DNA of 64,000 nucleotides from NCBI GenBank assembly GCA_000165345.1, contig CM000436.1, positions 384,001 to 448,000 of the forward strand, read 5' to 3'. Shown piece by piece: positions 58,664 to 64,000 of this stretch (position 1 is its first letter; each line of letters starts with the position of its first letter). The notes under the pieces were generated by a model. It saw only the letters and a program-made list of their open reading frames with translations, ran no database searches and was not told where the DNA came from. The position numbers and the translations under genes were made by a program.

Positions 58664-61600
58664 TTAATACATATTGTCCAATACACCTGAAGTATTTGAA
58701 TTAAAACCACAGAAATCACTAAAATTTGCTTCAAACACTCCATTAATTAATGTGCAACTTTCTTGAATAAATCCTCCAACGTCATCAATTAGAGCCCATT
58801 GTGGCTCACTTGAGCCTGCATCCTTAATTATCAATAGTTTAAATTTGTCTACAGCTTTTCTGGCAGATAGGAGCTCATTCCCTGAAATATTAAACTGCCA
58901 AATTGGTAGTTTAGTGGTTTTTACTTCTATTAAAGCTAGGACTTGTTGTTTGTAATTCCGGGAAACTGAAAATTCTTCTTCAGAAAAGTATTCTCTTAAT
59001 AGAATGAAGTCAAAAGGAAGAAAACTCTCATTAAGTGAATTTAACCAAATTAGTTTAATAGTTGTCGTATCTGACTCTTTAAAACACTTGATCTTGCATT
59101 TTATAAATAGGTCTCTTTGCTGATCCTGAAATATATTATTATCCTCAATTTTCATATCCTCAATTCCTGTCCAATCTTTCAAGTCTTCCATATCTATTAC
59201 TTCATTTTGAATATAATTATTTACAAACTTTCTAGATAAGTAGTCTTCAATTAAATTATGATCAATAGATTTCAAGGTCAGCTTACGTGAGATTGCATTT
59301 GGGATTATGGCTTCAAAAGAAACTTTCTCACCCCAAAACCCCACCATTTTCGTGATTTCTTCTATTGTAAGACTCTCATCTGTTGCATTTCCCAGAGAAA
59401 GAGGATTTTTCTTTATATATTCTTTGATTATTGAGTCCAAGTTACTCTCTATTACATCTGTATTTTTAGTCATTTCTTTGTAATCACCAGTATTATTATT
59501 TTTAACTTTAATATGTGGATCATTATTATCAGCTTTATTATAATCAACTCTTTTAATTGATAATTCACTTAATAAATCATTTTTTTCAACATGTAATGAT
59601 TTATTTTCAATATCTGTATCTTTTCTTAACAAACATCCGCTTCTTGAACACTTTTTAAGTAGTTCAAAACCTTCTTTAACTACATTATCCACTGTGAAAC
59701 GCTCATCTCTTTTACTACTTAGATCATCCAAAATTGGAACATGTTTTGAAAGTAGTAAAAGTCTTTGTGAGCTGGAAAGAATCAAGAGTTCGTACAAATC
59801 AATATTAATTATACTATTTAAACCTGTCAAACCTTTTAATGGATCCAATAGCAAAGTATACAAATCCTTAAGTTGGTTACTTTTATCCATACTTTTATTC
59901 ACAAGTAATATTGAAGCTGAATTCTTATTGGGAATCTGTCTAAATAATACACCAATCTTCCTTCTGCTCGTTTTTGGTAAATGTTTGTCATTAATATTAA
60001 GATCAAACTTAAGCTCAATATCGTCAACCTCAACTTCATAAGTATTTACAAATGAAATAAGCCAATTAGCTATTTGGTAAGCTATTTCTTCATTTGCATT
60101 AGAATATCTTTCAGAAACTGAAAGTGGCTCGAATTCATAAGAATTTGAAATTTGTTCAAGTATTTCACTTTCGGATACACAAAATTCACAGTCAGTAACT
60201 GAATGATTTGAATTCTTGCTCGTTAAAGATTGTTCACTATCAAAAGTTTTTTTTTCTTCTAATATTCTCATGATTGACAAATAAATATCAAGAGATTTGT
60301 GTTTAAATAAGAGTATCAAGATACCCCAAAATTCCAAAGTTAGCCATATTTTATTTTTTCCTTTATTTGCAAATTTTATATGACTTCTAATATTACGTCC
60401 ATAATTAACTTTATAAGTTACTTTGTAACATTCTGAGAGTGTTTTTACTTTTAAAATATCTTTATAAAAAAATTGAGAACTTGGGGACGATGAAATTGCC
60501 AATGGAATCTGAAAGCTATCACTTCTTAAGCTTCCAATAGGGAAATCTTCCACACAACATTGTTCACGCTTCAGAAATTTATAAATACCCTTAATTGGTA
60601 TCTTTGCGTTATCGAGAAACTCACTCCACCACGAATTCTTTTTAGATTGACTCATTTTCTGAAAAACTTTCAAAAATGTATTAATTGATACGTTAATGAA
60701 AGATTCAAATTTGATTTTTCCTTCTTTAGACTCATCTTTAAGTAAATTTGGGCATTCCCTTAGCCATAAATAAGCATAATGGTGATGTATTGGTTGTTCT
60801 GAAACTAAAGATAAAAAGAATGGTCTTAAATTACTAATTTTACTTTTATTAATAAACTTGCTGAGAACAATAAATGTTCCATGAAAGAAATCATATGGAT
60901 CTGACCAAACCATATTATTATAATCAATAGGTACCCAATTATACAAAGTACTCTTCATCAATGGAATATAAAGCAAACTTTCATTGTAAAATACCTTTTT
61001 AATGTTCATTGAAATATCAAAATCTGTCTGATGGCCTAAAATATGATAAATATCAGAAATCATTTCGATGTCCGAGGGGCGATGAAGGCTTCGGTTTAAT
61101 GAATTATCATCAAAATTTGACCATTCATCCATTAAAGAAGGCCACCAATCTGAAGCAAATAACTTTTCTTTAGTTATACCAAATCCAAAAATTGCCAATT
61201 CTATAATATGGTTTAAATCAGGGTCATATGAAGGCTTTAATTTGATCTGCCTACTTTTTTGAACCACTTCATTATCCCTAATATTCATTACCCTCTTATA
61301 ATCTCGCAAAATTCGAATTAAAGATATGGAAGAAATCTGAGTTGTGACGCCAACCTCTTCCAAAGTTTCTGATATTAGTTTTGATTCATTACCAATATCT
61401 TCCTCTGTTCTATTTAATGTATAATGAGCAGAACAAGGTTCATTATTTTCACGTGATTTTGGAATCTTATATCCATTCCTTAAAGTTACTGGTAACAAAT
61501 TCAATACAATTTGAGAGATATGCTTAATAATTCCATCCAAGTTTTTATTAATTTTGGGAATAAACAGTTCACTCGGTCTGCTTAATAGCAAATCTTCACA

Positions 61601-64000
61601 AAAATCCACCGTATCACAATCTTGTATTTGTTCATTATTAATCTGGCTCATATAATAGCTAAAATAATTATCATTATATAATGAAATTGGTATCCATGGG
61701 TAACTTGATAATATTTCATTCAAAAAAGATGAGTTATATGAACGTCTTGAATATTCATTAGCTATTTGGATGATTGCTCCAGCTCTCATTACATAAATTA
61801 AATGTTTACAATAAAAACAATGCGATGAACTAATTGGATAAATATTTCTATCAACCATCCAACTCAATGGAGATGCATCTGTTTTTGGAGGTAATCTATC
61901 AAAGTTACATCCTACATACCACTGTTCAAGAAGGTTAATAAATTTATTAGTGAATACCCTGAATGCCAAATCTTTATCATTCTCATTTAAATGATCCGAA
62001 TTTTGGACGATATAATCTGATGATATCTCCACAAAGTGAAACCTATCAGATACTTTTGGAAATACCCATTCAACCAATGGAGGCCATAAAGGAGGGACAA
62101 TCGTCAAACCTTTGTATTCAAATGATTTATCGGAATTATATATTGAAGTTTTGTCTTTAACATTTTTCCGATTGCTATTTGATGTTTTTAGTTGGTCAAA
62201 ATTTGAATATGACTTTGAACTAAACTTATTGGACCTTTCCCAGCTTGAATGAAGTAGAATTAAAGATGTCAATGACTTGCTTACCTGAGACATTCTTAAA
62301 GCTACAGAAGTAGGATACACCATAACCTCATTTTCTCTTGTTTCATTCTTGCATCTATTACACTTCAAACTAGATGTGATCATTCTAGAACACCTAGCCA
62401 GTTTGTTCTTGTTTAACAACTCTTCTTCATTTGCATAGCTTTTTGGTAGATCCTTATTGTAAAGTAAAGCCTTTAAAAATGAAGGAGAATAAGTCTGAAC
62501 TACTATTGGAAGCTTAATTAGAAAGCGATTATCATCCTCTACAATGCTTGCCTCCTCTATTGCCAAAGGAGTAATTTTGAGAAGTAGTTTCTGTATATCA
62601 CTATTAATTGCATTTTCCCATCCTTTTTCGAGTAATAAATCAACCTGTTCAGCAATTAATTTAAAAAAAATAGATGGAGTTATCTTCTCAATCTTAAAAT
62701 CTTGGTTAATCATGCTCTTTATTCTGTATGGAGCTATTTTATATACCCTATCACTAAAAAATTCAAATGGGCATACTTTTCCTATTATTTCGGAATACTT
62801 TTGCAAGCAATGTTCTTGAAAGTAACTATCAAACGATTCATCTGAAATGTAAACTTTCACAATACTCGATTTTTCTATAGAAACTCTCTTACCCTCCCTA
62901 GTAGGTATAATTGGCAAACCTGAAATTCCTTCAAATTCTTTCAAACTTTCCACATCTCCTTCTTTCTGAGGAAATAAATAGCTATATAATATTAATAATT
63001 CCTCATCAGAAATACTCTCCAAAAATTTCAAAGGTTTCAATTCTAAAAAAATCTTCAATATATCCAAATTCCTTACATTATATGATGATATTATTTGTGC
63101 TACCAAAACTTGCAACATTTGCAATGGCCTCGTGCAAAGAAAATGCATGCATGTGTGCCCGCCTATCAGTGAGGGGTGCAATACCGGTCTCATGTGGACA
63201 CTCAGCATGTAGAGAAAATTCCAATGTAAATTGCAAAAAATACAAAAACCTTCATGGAAAGTATTGTTTTTTATGCAAAGATCATTGAATTGAATATTCG
63301 TGGAAATTTTATCAAGAAAGCAAAATGAGCCATCAATGTTCATAAACACAGGCTTTTTGACTAACTCATCAATACAAATCGAAGATAATGTGCAATAGTT
63401 TTGGCATTGGTTCAGGTTGTCAAGTTTTGGCGGGAGCCAACTAAATTTAATAAATTCTGAAGTATTTAAAACGAATGGTTTTAAGTTGTAATCAAAGCTT
63501 GATTCCTGCATTGTTTGTAACGGCAAAGACTTTGAAGTGAGTAAATTACTCATAAAAAGAGAATATTTTTGGTTAATTAAGCAAGATTTTCTTGAGCATG
63601 ATAATTTTGGATTAATCATACTAGCAACAAATTGTGGGATTTGTTTCTTGAAAATAACATCAAGAATTGTAGAATTCCAGATATTGTCAGCCATGACATC
63701 CTCTCTATTTGCTGTTAAAATCAAATCTTGGATATTAACATGAAATGGAAGATAGATTCTATGGTTCAAAGGGAACGTACAAAACAACTTTCCTGTAACC
63801 CTTTTATGTTTTCCAAAAGTTGATGAACCAAACGAGAATGAAGATGAGTTTATTATCCTTTCACCTTTATCTATTTCAAGTCTCAAATTTGAATGGAACA
63901 AAGGAAGAGCAATAGACCATACTGTTGAAGATCTTGTAGCTCTATCTCTGAGAGTGGAGCTCTCAAGCTTTTGATCCTCTGAAATTGGTATTTCCCAGTC
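58664..64000 (-). CDS. Very large hypothetical protein (more than 1778 aa), 5'-partial: the reading frame stays open to the window edge
   Basis: The track start at 63901 is TTG, not ATG. I translated the 33 codons upstream (63902-64000) on the minus strand (DWEIPISEDQKLESSTLRDRATRSSTVWSIALP) and found no stop, so the N-terminus lies beyond 64000. It is Cys/His-rich near the N-terminal part. I can assign no family with confidence. Confidence 0.6.
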   Translation of the reverse strand, partial: DWEIPISEDQKLESSTLRDRATRSSTVWSIALPLFHSNLRLEIDKGERIINSSSFSFGSSTFGKHKRVTGKLFCTFPLNHRIYLPFHVNIQDLILTANREDVMADNIWNSTILDVIFKKQIPQFVASMINPKLSCSRKSCLINQKYSLFMSNLLTSKSLPLQTMQESSFDYNLKPFVLNTSEFIKFSWLPPKLDNLNQCQNYCTLSSICIDELVKKPVFMNIDGSFCFLDKISTNIQFNDLCIKNNTFHEGFCIFCNLHWNFLYMLSVHMRPVLHPSLIGGHTCMHFLCTRPLQMLQVLVAQIISSYNVRNLDILKIFLELKPLKFLESISDEELLILYSYLFPQKEGDVESLKEFEGISGLPIIPTREGKRVSIEKSSIVKVYISDESFDSYFQEHCLQKYSEIIGKVCPFEFFSDRVYKIAPYRIKSMINQDFKIEKITPSIFFKLIAEQVDLLLEKGWENAINSDIQKLLLKITPLAIEEASIVEDDNRFLIKLPIVVQTYSPSFLKALLYNKDLPKSYANEEELLNKNKLARCSRMITSSLKCNRCKNETRENEVMVYPTSVALRMSQVSKSLTSLILLHSSWERSNKFSSKSYSNFDQLKTSNSNRKNVKDKTSIYNSDKSFEYKGLTIVPPLWPPLVEWVFPKVSDRFHFVEISSDYIVQNSDHLNENDKDLAFRVFTNKFINLLEQWYVGCNFDRLPPKTDASPLSWMVDRNIYPISSSHCFYCKHLIYVMRAGAIIQIANEYSRRSYNSSFLNEILSSYPWIPISLYNDNYFSYYMSQINNEQIQDCDTVDFCEDLLLSRPSELFIPKINKNLDGIIKHISQIVLNLLPVTLRNGYKIPKSRENNEPCSAHYTLNRTEEDIGNESKLISETLEEVGVTTQISSISLIRILRDYKRVMNIRDNEVVQKSRQIKLKPSYDPDLNHIIELAIFGFGITKEKLFASDWWPSLMDEWSNFDDNSLNRSLHRPSDIEMISDIYHILGHQTDFDISMNIKKVFYNESLLYIPLMKSTLYNWVPIDYNNMVWSDPYDFFHGTFIVLSKFINKSKISNLRPFFLSLVSEQPIHHHYAYLWLRECPNLLKDESKEGKIKFESFINVSINTFLKVFQKMSQSKKNSWWSEFLDNAKIPIKGIYKFLKREQCCVEDFPIGSLRSDSFQIPLAISSSPSSQFFYKDILKVKTLSECYKVTYKVNYGRNIRSHIKFANKGKNKIWLTLEFWGILILLFKHKSLDIYLSIMRILEEKKTFDSEQSLTSKNSNHSVTDCEFCVSESEILEQISNSYEFEPLSVSERYSNANEEIAYQIANWLISFVNTYEVEVDDIELKFDLNINDKHLPKTSRRKIGVLFRQIPNKNSASILLVNKSMDKSNQLKDLYTLLLDPLKGLTGLNSIINIDLYELLILSSSQRLLLLSKHVPILDDLSSKRDERFTVDNVVKEGFELLKKCSRSGCLLRKDTDIENKSLHVEKNDLLSELSIKRVDYNKADNNDPHIKVKNNNTGDYKEMTKNTDVIESNLDSIIKEYIKKNPLSLGNATDESLTIEEITKMVGFWGEKVSFEAIIPNAISRKLTLKSIDHNLIEDYLSRKFVNNYIQNEVIDMEDLKDWTGIEDMKIEDNNIFQDQQRDLFIKCKIKCFKESDTTTIKLIWLNSLNESFLPFDFILLREYFSEEEFSVSRNYKQQVLALIEVKTTKLPIWQFNISGNELLSARKAVDKFKLLIIKDAGSSEPQWALIDDVGGFIQESCTLINGVFEANFSDFCGFNSNTSGVLDNMY
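63141..63201. promoter_or_regulatory. Promoter-like composite cluster inside coding sequence: AAATGCATGCATGTGTGCCCGCC ... AATACCGGTCTCATGTGGACA; an additional TTTTGGCGGGAG lies at about 63425
   Basis: Same GCATGCA + ATACCGGT + CATGTGGACA module as the intergenic promoters, but within the open frame of the 58664..64000 gene. It sits 25-85 bp upstream of an in-frame internal ATG (minus strand, about 63118; MLQVLVAQIISSYN...). Confidence 0.3.

Overview
This window is eukaryotic, not prokaryotic. It is about 70% AT, gene-dense on both strands, almost intron-free, with long ORFs carrying low-complexity insertions. GC-rich E2F-like boxes (TTTGGCGGGAA / TGGCGCCA) recur upstream of genes together with GCATGC, ACCGGT and CACGTG motifs. 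That combination is what I expect from an apicomplexan of the Cryptosporidium type; this is an inference, not a database hit. I can support about 24 protein-coding genes and one tRNA-Lys(CUU). The better-supported products are: a PlsC-type lysophospholipid acyltransferase; DNA primase large subunit, with a probable 5' exon plus 55-nt intron; GH31 glucosidase II alpha; a PTC7-like PP2C phosphatase; a small two-exon gene; an SLC35/TPT transporter; WDR3/Utp12; RNA polymerase III RPC5; a PHAX-like protein; a CID-domain protein; a tyrosine-phosphatase-like protein whose catalytic Cys is Gly (predicted pseudophosphatase); a formin; a very large polytopic membrane protein; a long coiled-coil protein; a USP7-type deubiquitinase with MATH domain; Rei1/ZNF622; cyclophilin; an FG nucleoporin with CCCH finger (Nup42/NUPL2-like); Tsr3; an SLC37-like MFS transporter; and two very large unassigned proteins. 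The ORF track used TTG/GTG as start codons in several places, so I moved those starts to the first in-frame ATG. I found no CRISPR array, no prokaryotic defence or mobile-element signatures, and nothing I would call a novel multi-gene system. The most interesting observations are: (i) a recurring composite promoter module (GCATGCA + ATACCGGTA + CATGTGGACA, with or without E2F palindromes), one copy of which lies inside the largest ORF; (ii) the Cys-to-Gly pseudophosphatase; (iii) newly inferred introns in an intron-poor genome; (iv) convergent genes whose stop codons abut or overlap. Line-based coordinate arithmetic disagreed with the ORF track by one base at one locus (29322 vs 29323), so positions I derived myself may be off by 1-2 nt.
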